A stretch of DNA of 64,000 nt from Syntrophales bacterium (GTDB lineage Bacteria; Desulfobacterota; Syntrophia; Syntrophales; UBA4778). Positions within the stretch are counted from its first letter, which is position 1. Each line of letters begins with the position of its first letter. The stretch covers positions 649,165 through 713,164 of the forward strand of contig CAXXQE010000006.1 in the NCBI GenBank assembly GCA_963665615.2. Reading direction: 5' to 3'. Positions 54,665 to 63,826 of the stretch are shown here, one piece after another. The notes beneath the pieces are model-generated. The model did not search any database and was not told where the DNA came from. It saw nothing but the letters and a program-made list of their open reading frames with translations. The translations under genes and the position numbers were made by a program.

Positions 54665-55519
54665 TCAGCAACGGGAACGTCCCTGCCCCGCCGTCAAGGC
54701 AGCCACGATCTGCTCGATAATCCAGGTCGGGGTCGAGGCACCGGCCGAAATTCCGATCTTACGATAGGGGGCCAGTTGAATTGTCCGAAGATCATCCGCC
54801 GTTTCAATATGAAAGGTCGGCGTACCCTGTTCCTCGGAGATCTTCGCCAGTCTCTGCGTGTTGGCGCTGTTATGCCCCCCCACGATAAAGACTGCCTCCA
54901 TTTCCGCCGCCAGTTGCTTGACTTCCGCCTGCCGTTTTTCCGTGGAGTCGCAGATAGTATCGAAAACCAGAGCCCCCGGAAATTTTTCGCTGATGCGCCG
55001 GCTGATTTCCTGGTATTCATCAGTGCTCTGCGTCGTCTGCGCCACGACGCAAGCCCGCTCCAGACTCGCCAGCTTGTCGAGGTCCTGCACCTGACCAATG
55101 ACGATTCCCTTGCCAGAAGCGTGCCCCAGAAGCCCCTCCACCTCGGGATGATGGCGGTCGCCGACGATCACGATACTGTAGCCCAAGGCCGCATGCTTGC
55201 TGATGATGGACTGAACGTGAACCACTTTGGGACAGGTCGCATCAATGACCCGAATTCCTTTTTCCGTAATCTTCTTCTTTTCCAGAGGGGAAATCCCGTG
55301 CGCTCTTATGATAATCATGCCTTCCTTGATCTCGTCGGCATTATCAATCGCATGGATCCCCTGCTTCTCAAGTTGGGCAACGGTTTGAGGGTTGTGGATC
55401 AGCGGACCGTAAGTGTAGATCTTTTCGGCGCCCTTCTTCTTGGCAATTTTCAGCGCCATGTTGACGGCCCGGCTGACGCCCATACAGAATCCCGCAGTTT
55501 TGGCTAATATGATTTCCAT
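54665..55519 (-). CDS. ispH: 4-hydroxy-3-methylbut-2-enyl diphosphate reductase
   Basis: GFCMGV, IHNP, AHG, DATCP.V, HPEV, QTT, TICDST..RQ, SANT, AGASTP. Confidence 0.97.
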   Translation of the reverse strand: MEIILAKTAGFCMGVSRAVNMALKIAKKKGAEKIYTYGPLIHNPQTVAQLEKQGIHAIDNADEIKEGMIIIRAHGISPLEKKKITEKGIRVIDATCPKVVHVQSIISKHAALGYSIVIVGDRHHPEVEGLLGHASGKGIVIGQVQDLDKLASLERACVVAQTTQSTDEYQEISRRISEKFPGALVFDTICDSTEKRQAEVKQLAAEMEAVFIVGGHNSANTQRLAKISEEQGTPTFHIETADDLRTIQLAPYRKIGISAGASTPTWIIEQIVAALTAGQGRSRC

Positions 55520-55550
55520 AAAAACACTTTAACGTTCCGAGGTTAAAAGT

Positions 55551-56312
55551 TTAAAGCTGATGGTCACCGACCTTCTTCGCGTAGATAAAAAACTCCTTGT
55601 TCCCCGCGGGCCCCAAAAGAGGCGAGGCGCATGTCCCGGCAACCTCCAATCCCAGTTCTCGACAGAGTCCCTCGATATCCTCCACGACGCGGCGGTGAAC
55701 CGTTTCGTCCTTGACGACGCCCTTTTTACCGACGTCGCCTCGTCCAGCTTCAAACTGGGGTTTGATGAGGGCGATGACGGTGCCGCCCGCCTTGAGGAAT
55801 TTTAGGGCAGCCGGCAGGACCAGCCTCAGCGAGATAAAGGAGGCATCGATGACAATCAGATCGATGGGATTAGAGATATGCGCCCCGTCGTAATACCGGA
55901 TATTCGTCCGTTCGATACTGACCACTCGGTCGTCGTTTCGCAACTTCCAGGCCAGCTGGCCGTAGCCGACATCGAGGGCGTAGACCCGGGCCGCGCCTTC
56001 CTGCAGCAGACAGTCGGTAAACCCGCCTGTCGAAGCCCCGACATCCAACGCCGTCAGACCTTCGGCAGCCACACCGAAATGGCAGAGCGCCCCCTTGAGC
56101 TTGAGACCGCCGCGGCTGACGTAGGGGTTGTCCTCCCCCTGCAGGATAATCTCGGCGTCCGAGTCGACCAGGACACCGGCCTTGTCCATCCGGTTGCCCT
56201 TGAGAAAGACAATCCCCGAGAGGATCAGCGCCTGCGCCCGTTCCCGTGTCGGCGCCAGCCCCCGGTCGGTCAGGAGTTTATCCAGCCTGACTTTTTGTTT
56301 CTTCTGCATCAT
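55551..56312 (-). CDS. tlyA: TlyA family rRNA 2'-O-methyltransferase (start moved to MMQKKQ)
   Basis: S4 domain RLD..L, YVSRGG.KL, DVGASTGGFTDCLL, DASFISL, KPQFE, GNKEF. Confidence 0.95.
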   Translation of the reverse strand: MMQKKQKVRLDKLLTDRGLAPTRERAQALILSGIVFLKGNRMDKAGVLVDSDAEIILQGEDNPYVSRGGLKLKGALCHFGVAAEGLTALDVGASTGGFTDCLLQEGAARVYALDVGYGQLAWKLRNDDRVVSIERTNIRYYDGAHISNPIDLIVIDASFISLRLVLPAALKFLKAGGTVIALIKPQFEAGRGDVGKKGVVKDETVHRRVVEDIEGLCRELGLEVAGTCASPLLGPAGNKEFFIYAKKVGDHQL

Positions 56313-58230
56313 TTTGTTCGATAGGTCTTTCGGAAGTCCCGGAGGCGATGAGGCCGCGTACAGCCTCGGCAATGCCCGATGCATCGATTCCGTAACGGCT
56401 TCGCAGGGCCTGCTGGGTTGCATGCGGAACGAATTCATCGCCAATGCCGAGACGCTTGATCTGAAGGGGTCTCAGCGCGCGGGCTTCGAATAATTCAAGG
56501 ACGGCGCTGCCGAAGCCGCCCATGAGGACATTCTCCTCAACGGTGACGATCCGCTTGGCCGAGCGGGCCACGGTGCACAGAAGCGCCTCGTCAAGGGGCT
56601 TGACGAAACGGCAGTTGACGACCGTGGTCTCGATCCCCTCCCGATGGAGTGTCTCCGCCGCCTCGATCGCGGGGTAAACGGTCGATCCGATCGCGAAGAT
56701 GGCCGTCTCACCGCCCTCGCGTAAAACCTCAGCCTGTCCCACGGGGATGGTTTCGATCGTCCCGTCGATCGCCACGCCGACACCCTTGCCCCGCGGATAG
56801 CGGAGTGCGGCAGGACGGCCGCAGGTCAAGGCGGTCTTCAACATCGCCCGGAGCTCACGTTCATCCTTTGGCGCCATGACCACGATGTTGGGGACGTGCC
56901 GCAGATAGGAGAAATCAAAGAGGCCATGATGGGTGGGGCCGTCGTCCCCGACGAAGCCGCCCCGGTCCAGCGCAAAGACAACGGGTAGGTTTTGCAGGCA
57001 GACATCATGAAGGATCTGGTCGTAGCCGCGTTGCAGAAAGGTCGAGTAAATCGCCACCACGGGCAGCAGTCCTTCTATCGCCAGCCCCGCGGCAAAAGTC
57101 ACTCCGTGCTGTTCTGCAATACCGACATCGTAGAAGCGGCCCGGCAATTTCTTTGAGAAGGCCTCCAGTCCGGTCCCCTGGCACATGGCGGCGGTGACCG
57201 CAACGATGCGGAGGTCCTGACCCGCCAGCTCCAGAAGCGTCTTGCCGAAGACGTCCGTGTAGCTGGAAATGCCGCTGCCATCGCTGTGGGACACGCCTGT
57301 TTGCCGATCGAAGGGCCCGATACCGTGGAACCTCGAGGGCTCCTTTTCGGCATAAGAATACCCCTTGCCCTTCTTGGTCACCACATGAACGAGCAGCGGT
57401 CCTTTCAGGTCCTTGATGTTTCGGAAGTTCTTGATCAGATGATCGAGGTGATGCCCGTCCAACGGACCGATATAGTCAAAGCCGAGCTCTTCGAAGAGCA
57501 CCCCGGGACCGATCAGTCCTTTGAGGGCTTCTTCAGCATGCTGCGTAAAATTGACGACTTGCTCGCCGATACCCGGAATGGTCTTCAGAAAGGTCTTGAC
57601 CTCGTGTCTGAGACGCATCACACGCTGCTCAGTCATAATGCGGCTCAGATACGACGACAGCGCCCCCACATTGGGCGAGATGGACATCTCATTGTCGTTG
57701 AGAACGATAATGAGATCCTTTTTACGGTCTCCCGCCCAGTTCAGGCCCTCAAAGGCCATCCCGGCCGTCATCGATCCGTCCCCGATGACGGAAATGACCT
57801 TAAACGCCTCTCCTTTCAGGCAGCGTGCCTCGGCAATCCCGGCTGCCGCCGAAACGGAAGTGCTGCTATGCCCGACGGTCAGCACATCGTAACAACTCTC
57901 CTCCCTTTTCGGAAATCCACAGAGCCCGCCCTCCTGGCGCAGCGTCCCGAAGCGATCGCGTCGCCCGGTCAGGATCTTATGGGCATAGGCCTGATGACCG
58001 ACGTCCCAAATGATTCGGTCCTTCGGGGCATCGAAGACATAATGAAGCGCCAGCGCCAACTCCACGGCGCCCAACGAAGAGGCGAGATGGCCACCCGTAA
58101 CGGAAACGGTGTCGATCATCAGTTCCCGGATTTCCCCGGCCAGCTGGCCCAGGGCGTCAACGCTGAGATGCTTGATATCCGCGGGCGATTCGATGCCGGG
58201 CAAAAGTCGTCTTGAAGTTTTATCTATCAT
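56278..58230 (-). CDS. dxs: 1-deoxy-D-xylulose-5-phosphate synthase
   Basis: GGHLASSLG, WDVGHQAY.HK, GDG...NDN TPP motif, IAEQH, YSTFLQR, DGPTHHG. Confidence 0.98.
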   Translation of the reverse strand: MIDKTSRRLLPGIESPADIKHLSVDALGQLAGEIRELMIDTVSVTGGHLASSLGAVELALALHYVFDAPKDRIIWDVGHQAYAHKILTGRRDRFGTLRQEGGLCGFPKREESCYDVLTVGHSSTSVSAAAGIAEARCLKGEAFKVISVIGDGSMTAGMAFEGLNWAGDRKKDLIIVLNDNEMSISPNVGALSSYLSRIMTEQRVMRLRHEVKTFLKTIPGIGEQVVNFTQHAEEALKGLIGPGVLFEELGFDYIGPLDGHHLDHLIKNFRNIKDLKGPLLVHVVTKKGKGYSYAEKEPSRFHGIGPFDRQTGVSHSDGSGISSYTDVFGKTLLELAGQDLRIVAVTAAMCQGTGLEAFSKKLPGRFYDVGIAEQHGVTFAAGLAIEGLLPVVAIYSTFLQRGYDQILHDVCLQNLPVVFALDRGGFVGDDGPTHHGLFDFSYLRHVPNIVVMAPKDERELRAMLKTALTCGRPAALRYPRGKGVGVAIDGTIETIPVGQAEVLREGGETAIFAIGSTVYPAIEAAETLHREGIETTVVNCRFVKPLDEALLCTVARSAKRIVTVEENVLMGGFGSAVLELFEARALRPLQIKRLGIGDEFVPHATQQALRSRYGIDASGIAEAVRGLIASGTSERPIEQNDAEETKSQAG

Positions 58231-58327
58231 GGCGTCCCACAATCCATCTCTGTCAAAGACGGCTTCATTTTGACGGGTTCAAGGGCAAAACATATTAAGT
58301 CCATTTTTCTTTTTCCTTGAACCCTTC

Positions 58328-59236
58328 TTATAGCTGCCGCTCGATAACATACAACGCGATCTTTCGCAACGGGTCGGCACGTTGGTCCAGAGGCGCAAGC
58401 GCGGCAATCGCGTCTTTGACGAGCGTAATCCCCTGTTGTTTGGCCTTGTCTATACCCATCGTTGACGGATAAGTGACCTTGTGCATGTTTTCATCGGCGC
58501 CGGTCGTCTTGCCCATGAGATCCTTGTCACCGACGATGTCGAGGATGTCATCCGTAATCTGGAAGGCCAGCCCGATATTCTTCCCGTACTCATTGAGACA
58601 GTCTCGGCACAGCGTATCCGCCCCGCCCAAAATAGCCCCGGCACGCACCGAAGCCAGGATCATGGCCCCCGTCTTGTGGGTATGGATATAGTAAAGGGTA
58701 TCGTGATCGACGGTCTTTCCCTGAGACTGGAGATCGACCACCTGACCGCCGATCATTCCGAAGAATCCTGCAGCCTTGGCGATCTCGTGGATAACCTCCA
58801 GGCGCGCCTCCGCCTTGAAACGCTCCCCGCGCTCCTTTTTTGTCATGAGGTAAAAGGCCTCCGTCAAGAGCGCATCGCCCGCCAGGATCGCCATGCCTTC
58901 TCCAAACACCTTGTGGCTCGTCGGTCGTCCTCGGCGGAAATCGTCATTGTCCATCGCCGGCAGATCATCGTGGATCAGAGAGTAGGTGTGGACGAGTTCC
59001 AGGGCACAGGCAAAAGGCAGCACCTCTTCCGCATTTCCTCCCACCGCTTCAGCGGCGGCTATGCACAGGATCGGGCGGATGCGCTTGCCGCCGGCCAGCG
59101 TACTGTAACGGACGGCCTGGAAAATGACCTCGGGAAAGCTCTGTTCCCTGGGCAGATACCGCTCCAGGGCCTCATCAACCATCTTCTTACGACTCTGCAA
59201 ATATTCTTCGAGCCCCGTCCGACTCTTAACCGTCAT
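58328..59236 (-). CDS. ispA: Polyprenyl (farnesyl/geranyl) diphosphate synthase
   Basis: GGKRIRP, HDDLPAMDNDD.RRG, GGQ..D, HKTG, FQI.DDILD. Confidence 0.93.
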   Translation of the reverse strand: MTVKSRTGLEEYLQSRKKMVDEALERYLPREQSFPEVIFQAVRYSTLAGGKRIRPILCIAAAEAVGGNAEEVLPFACALELVHTYSLIHDDLPAMDNDDFRRGRPTSHKVFGEGMAILAGDALLTEAFYLMTKKERGERFKAEARLEVIHEIAKAAGFFGMIGGQVVDLQSQGKTVDHDTLYYIHTHKTGAMILASVRAGAILGGADTLCRDCLNEYGKNIGLAFQITDDILDIVGDKDLMGKTTGADENMHKVTYPSTMGIDKAKQQGITLVKDAIAALAPLDQRADPLRKIALYVIERQL

Positions 59237-59462
59237 CGGATTCGCCTCCTTCGAACGGCTTTGCCGCCCATCCTTTTTCCTCTTTCAGCAGGATCTCGAC
59301 ACGCCGCTCAGCCTCGTCGAGTTTACGGCTGCACAAGTTGGACAGACGAACGCCCTCTTCAAAGGCCTTCAGCGACTCCTCTAACGTCAGATCACCGCCT
59401 TCCATTTTCCGGACAATCTCTTCCAGCTTACCCAGAGCCTCTTCAAATTTTTTTTCTACCAT
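59226..59462 (-). CDS. xseB: Exodeoxyribonuclease VII small subunit
   Basis: FEEAL..LE.IV..ME.G.L.LEESL..FEEG. Confidence 0.95.
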   Translation of the reverse strand: MVEKKFEEALGKLEEIVRKMEGGDLTLEESLKAFEEGVRLSNLCSRKLDEAERRVEILLKEEKGWAAKPFEGGESDDG

Positions 59463-59470
59463 ATGCGTTC

Positions 59471-60799
59471 CTACCTCTGAAGAATATCTTTTACCTCGGC
59501 CCTCACAGAACCCGCCGCCAATCGGATATCCAGCATCCTGCCGACACGAAGCGACTCCGCATCTCTCACAACGTGCCCCTCTGGATATGTCTGTACAATG
59601 CTGTAGCCACGCCCCAGCACCTTCAAGGGGCTCAGGTTGTCCAGCAAAGCAGAGGCTGCTGCCAATCTGTTTTTTGCCTCCGCCACCCGCATACGAAAGA
59701 AGTGAGTAAAGTTCTCCTCTGCCAGGATGAGGGCGGCCCGGCGGTTCTTAATACGCTCTCCCGGATGAACATACCGTAGAGACGCTCGACGGGCCTGCAG
59801 TCCATCTCTCAAAAGTTTTATTCTTTTGAAGACTGCCGTCCGGAGGGACTCGCCCATCTCATCAAGGTAAATTCTCAGATCTAAAATCTGCCTGCCGGGA
59901 TGTTTCAACCGCTGCCGCAGTGATTCGACTTCGCCGTCAGACGCCGTGATCATCCGCCGACAACCCTGCTCCAACCGAAGCCTCATCATTTGCACCGATT
60001 TCAGCAGTTCCCCGCGAAGGGGCGCCACCAGCTCTGCGGCCGCCGAAGGAGTCGGCGCCCTCAAATCGGCCACAAAATCTGCTATCGTAAAATCAACCTC
60101 ATGGCCTACCGCCGAAACGATCGGCACCTGTGATCTGAAAATGGCCCGCGCAACCCTTTCGTCATTGAAGGGGGACAGATCCTCGAGAGAGCCCCCGCCC
60201 CGGGCCAGAATAGCCACATCCACATCGGTCTGTTCACTAAGCCGGTCCAGAGCTGCCACGATCTCGGCCGCCGACTCCTCCCCCTGAACCCGGACCGGAA
60301 AAATCAGAATATCGATCGAGGGAAAGCGTCTGGCCGTGACTGTCAGGATGTCACGAATCACTGCGCCGGATGGAGAGGTAATCACACCGATACGTCTGGG
60401 AAGAAAGGGAATGGGTTTTTTGTGAACCGAGTCAAATAGTCCTTCAGCTTGAAGACGCGCCTTGAGCTGCTCGAAAGCGATCTGAAGCGCTCCGATTCCG
60501 CGCGGCTCAACCGTATCAATGACGAGCTGATACTCCCCTCGCTGCTCATAGACATTGACCGTCGCCCGGCAGACGATCTGCATGCCGTCCTCCAGAGCAA
60601 AGGTCATATTCCGCAACGCCTGTCGGAATACGACGGCCCGGATCTGGCTTTTTTCGTCCTTCAGGGTAAAATAAACATGCCCTGACGCGGGGCGGCGCAG
60701 ATTGGATATCTCTCCTTCAATCCAGACAAGGCCGAAGTGCGATTCAAGTAAGAGCTGAATACGTCTGGTCAGTTCGCTGACCGTCAAAAGATGTTTCAT
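59471..60799 (-). CDS. xseA: Exodeoxyribonuclease VII large subunit
   Basis: GEISN, SGH.YFTLKD, RGGGS.EDL..FNDE, SAVGHE.D, APTPSAAAE. Confidence 0.97.
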   Translation of the reverse strand: MKHLLTVSELTRRIQLLLESHFGLVWIEGEISNLRRPASGHVYFTLKDEKSQIRAVVFRQALRNMTFALEDGMQIVCRATVNVYEQRGEYQLVIDTVEPRGIGALQIAFEQLKARLQAEGLFDSVHKKPIPFLPRRIGVITSPSGAVIRDILTVTARRFPSIDILIFPVRVQGEESAAEIVAALDRLSEQTDVDVAILARGGGSLEDLSPFNDERVARAIFRSQVPIVSAVGHEVDFTIADFVADLRAPTPSAAAELVAPLRGELLKSVQMMRLRLEQGCRRMITASDGEVESLRQRLKHPGRQILDLRIYLDEMGESLRTAVFKRIKLLRDGLQARRASLRYVHPGERIKNRRAALILAEENFTHFFRMRVAEAKNRLAAASALLDNLSPLKVLGRGYSIVQTYPEGHVVRDAESLRVGRMLDIRLAAGSVRAEVKDILQR

Positions 60800-61101
60800 G
60801 CCGCCAAAAAATATTATGAATCGAAGGGCTATGCAAGCGTTTTATTTCTTTTCGATTCCATTGACTTTTTGAGGATCATGGTTTAGAAATCGGGAAGCGG
60901 TGGATGGCCGATTGATGCTATGCAAAAGTTTTGCGATGGAGACCCAGGAGGTCTCCGCTCTCTGGCGTAAACGTTTTGATAGACTCCGCTCATGATCCCC
61001 GCAGCAGGTCGCGAGGATTGCTCTCGCAGCCAGTCCCCAATGGCAATTTTCTGGCCTTGAATGCAAAATCCCATAAATGTTGAAGAGGACTTGTCGTTAC
61101 A

Positions 61102-62124
61102 ATGAGAAAAAAGAAAGATTTTCTAAAAAGAGTCGTAGAACACGTTGATATCGCGAAGATCAATTCGACGGATATCATCCAGGCCATGCGGGGCATGTCC
61201 TTCACCGCCCGCGATCTCGCCGTTGGCGCCGAGATCTACAATCGGATGCTGGCCGATAAAAACTGCACGATCATTCTGACCATTGCGGGAAGCACCAGCG
61301 CGGCCGGCTGCATGCAGGTCTATGCGGATCTGGTGAAATACAATATGGTCGACGCTATCGTCGCCACCGGCGCCACCATTGTGGACATGGACTTCTTTGA
61401 GGCCCTCGGATTCAAGCATTACCAGGGCAGCCCGCATGTCAACGACCATGAGCTGCGCGACCTGTACATCGATCGCATTTACGATACCTTCATCGACGAG
61501 GAGCAGCTCCAGAACTGTGACGCAACCGTCAAGATTGTCGCAGACGGACTTGAACCCCGACCATACTCCTCACGCGAGTTCATCCGGGAGATGGGGAGAT
61601 ATCTCACGAAAAAGTCAAAAAAGAAGGAGTCTCTCGTTCAACTGGCTTACGAACACGACGTGCCTATCTTCTGCCCTGCCTTCTCCGACTCCAGCGCGGG
61701 CTTCGGCCTCGTGATGCACCAGCATGAAAACCCCAAGAACCATGTTTCGATCGACAGCGTTAAAGACTTCCGCGAACTGACCCAGATCAAGATGAAAGCC
61801 AAGACGAGCGGCCTGTTGATGATCGGCGGCGGCGTGCCTAAGAACTTCGCTCAGGATACCGTGATCTGCGCGGAGCTTCTCGGCAAGAACGTCCCCATGC
61901 ACAAGTACGCCATCCAGATCACCGTGGCTGATGTCCGGGATGGCGCCTGTTCCAGTTCCACGCTGAAAGAGGCCTCCTCCTGGGGCAAGGTAGATACGAC
62001 TTACGAACAGATGATCTACGCCGAGGCGACGTCTGTCCTGCCGCTGCTGGCGAGCTACGCCTACCATGCCGGCAGCTGGAAAACCCGCGCCAAGCGCCAG
62101 ATGGCCAAGATCTTCAAAGATTAG
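61102..62124 (+). CDS. Deoxyhypusine synthase-like protein (possible homospermidine synthase)
   Basis: IDRIYD, PAFSDSS.G, IGGGVPKN, DGACSSS...EA.SWGK with the catalytic Lys retained. Confidence 0.9.
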   Translation: MRKKKDFLKRVVEHVDIAKINSTDIIQAMRGMSFTARDLAVGAEIYNRMLADKNCTIILTIAGSTSAAGCMQVYADLVKYNMVDAIVATGATIVDMDFFEALGFKHYQGSPHVNDHELRDLYIDRIYDTFIDEEQLQNCDATVKIVADGLEPRPYSSREFIREMGRYLTKKSKKKESLVQLAYEHDVPIFCPAFSDSSAGFGLVMHQHENPKNHVSIDSVKDFRELTQIKMKAKTSGLLMIGGGVPKNFAQDTVICAELLGKNVPMHKYAIQITVADVRDGACSSSTLKEASSWGKVDTTYEQMIYAEATSVLPLLASYAYHAGSWKTRAKRQMAKIFKD

Positions 62125-62147
62125 CACGAATCAAGAAACACACATGA

Positions 62148-62186
62148 CCGTGGTTGCGTCCCGTCCCTTACGGGGCGCAATCACGG
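62148..62186. repeat. Long imperfect hairpin after the dhs-like gene
   Basis: CCGTGGTTGCGTCCCGT-CCCTT-ACGGGGCGCAATCACGG; no U-tract. Confidence 0.5.
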
Positions 62187-62379
62187 CTGGAAGCAACAAT
62201 AGGCGAGAGAAAAGATAAGATCGTTTTATTCAGCGCCCACCGAAGACAGGCATCCCCTTCCGTCAACCGAACGCATTAGCCATCGGCCTTGTTCTCCTCA
62301 GCGACAAACACCCTTTCAATGCCCGACGGTTACGACCCATACTGTTATTCTCATTTCCTCTTTTGTTTTCATATATTCA

Positions 62380-62434
62380 ACGCAACAAGGGAATCAGTCG
62401 GGCATAGCGATCGGGTGGATTGCTTTTGTTAGAA
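62380..62434 (-). mobile_element. attC site of cassette 2 (55 bp, somewhat degenerate)
   Basis: Minus strand TTCTAAC...AATCC...GATT...GTTGCGT; the gene stop TAA lies inside the inverse core; related to the attC at 63255-63310. Confidence 0.75.
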
Positions 62435-63241
62435 ATTATTTTTCTTTTTACGCCATGATTCAAGCACAAACAAAACAACAGTATGGGCCGAATGAATTGC
62501 CAGACGCGCATGACGCGGTTCTAGCTTGTAAATCTTTTTACCTGCCCCATGTGCCGAACTGGCGTGGGTCCTTAGCGCACCAATGCCCTCAGTTATTGAA
62601 ATGAGTCCTGATAAAATTTGTTGCAGATCTTGGTCTTCAACTATACTTGGATCAAAGCCGAGACGTTTGCGTACAACCGTCCATACGTGTTTCAAGTCTT
62701 GCTTAGCTGGTGCTTCTAACCCTTCTTCAGATATATATATTTTACAAACAGATTCGAGAATGTTGCTTGCCGCTGAAATAGCCTCACGCTGATTTACTTC
62801 AACATTGGATAGCGCGCGGTTAAATTCCATGTCTATAGAAACTAAATCACGATCCTTTATAAACTCCTCAAGAGTCCTAGAGGGTGCTCCAAGTGCCCCA
62901 ACTATTTTCCCCCCATTTATATATTGAAGTTCACACCGTGCTAATACGTTTGCAATTTGCCCACGTTCTTTTAAGCTTTCTGCATCCCATGTATTTTGAG
63001 GGTCGAGCGGTGACTCCATATAATTCTCAATAATGCGTCCAAGCACATCAAGAGGATTAACATTCTCATCCTTATTAGTAATGCGTAACCAATCTAGTGC
63101 CTTAGCCGCTTTGCTTCCAGGAGGTGGATCACCAGGTGCACCTGCATATACAAAGAGGCTATCTAGCGTTGCATGAGTTTCACGCCGTGACACGATGTCA
63201 GCACATACAGATAAAACGGGAGCAGGAATTATAACACGCAT
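62429..63241 (-). CDS. Abortive-infection family protein with Abi_C C-terminal domain (integron cassette 2)
   Basis: AISAA..ILESVCK...L..V...LG.DP...ILSGL..I..GIG.LR....SAHG....L.PRHARLA.H pattern; AT-rich; flanked by attC sites. Confidence 0.8.
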   Translation of the reverse strand: MRVIIPAPVLSVCADIVSRRETHATLDSLFVYAGAPGDPPPGSKAAKALDWLRITNKDENVNPLDVLGRIIENYMESPLDPQNTWDAESLKERGQIANVLARCELQYINGGKIVGALGAPSRTLEEFIKDRDLVSIDMEFNRALSNVEVNQREAISAASNILESVCKIYISEEGLEAPAKQDLKHVWTVVRKRLGFDPSIVEDQDLQQILSGLISITEGIGALRTHASSAHGAGKKIYKLEPRHARLAIHSAHTVVLFVLESWRKKKNNF

Positions 63242-63254
63242 AATATTTTATACT

Positions 63255-63310
63255 TTCTAACGAAAAAATCAGCCGGAGCGTTAGCGATCGGCTGGATTGA
63301 CGGGTTATGA
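63255..63310 (-). mobile_element. attC site of cassette 1 (56 bp)
   Basis: Minus strand TCATAAC...AATCCAGCCGA...CCGGCTGATT...GTTAGAA; the plus strand folds AATC-AGCCG/CGGCT-[G]-GATT with an extrahelical G. Confidence 0.85.
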
Positions 63311-63703
63311 GGACTTTTTCGTTCTATCATTTGTTCCGATCCATTTTGCGTTATTAAGATCGACCAGCGTGTTCCCACATTTGCAAGTACTTTTCCCATC
63401 CTGCTCAATGCTTTCGTCGCAGTTTAGACAGACGAGCGTTTTTGATCGGGATTTGCGTTCGGTTACCTTGGTCTCACGGTAACATATGAGAAATACTATA
63501 AGAGAAATTCCCAAGATCCAAGGGAGTTGAAGAACTAAACCCGCCCAAGAGATGGGATCAATGGTACCTCGCCATTTATTGTAGCCAATTTTTACAGTCA
63601 GCGCTACTACCACAAAAACGAAGGCCGACATGAATAGCCCGAAACCTAAGGCAGAGCGTCTTATATCCCTTTCGTTTTCTTCCGGCGATTTAAGAACCCA
63701 CAT
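63305..63703 (-). CDS. Hypothetical 2-TM membrane protein with C-terminal CxxC...CxCG (integron cassette 1)
   Basis: 132-aa ORF filling the cassette; two hydrophobic segments, then CLNC...CKCG. Confidence 0.7.
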   Translation of the reverse strand: MWVLKSPEENERDIRRSALGFGLFMSAFVFVVVALTVKIGYNKWRGTIDPISWAGLVLQLPWILGISLIVFLICYRETKVTERKSRSKTLVCLNCDESIEQDGKSTCKCGNTLVDLNNAKWIGTNDRTKKSS

Positions 63704-63715
63704 TATTCTTTTCTC

Positions 63716-63780
63716 TCATAACAGTGTTTATATAGATCTGTATAAAAACCCTAACACCGCAATGATTGCGGCATAACACC
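63716..63780 (-). mobile_element. attI-like site with two upstream direct repeats
   Basis: Minus strand TATAAACACTG^TTATGA core; GTTAGGG and GTTATGC 33 and 55 bp upstream; the core complements the TCATAAC inverse core of cassette 1. Confidence 0.7.
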
Positions 63781-63797
63781 CCTTGAACTCATTTTAC

Positions 63798-63826
63798 ATT
63801 TTAAGCTTAACAACCTTTTTTCTGAA
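63798..63826 (-). promoter_or_regulatory. Candidate cassette promoter Pc
   Basis: Minus strand TTCAGA-N17-TAAAAT between the integrase 3' end and attI. Confidence 0.35.

Noticed and set aside
62148..62186. Hairpin after the dhs-like gene as a third attC
   Set aside because: Lacks properly placed AAC/GTT core boxes and does not resemble the two attC sites.
63738..63753. CTGTATAAAAACCCTA as a LexA (SOS) box
   Set aside because: The right half is not ACAG, and it lies downstream rather than upstream of intI.
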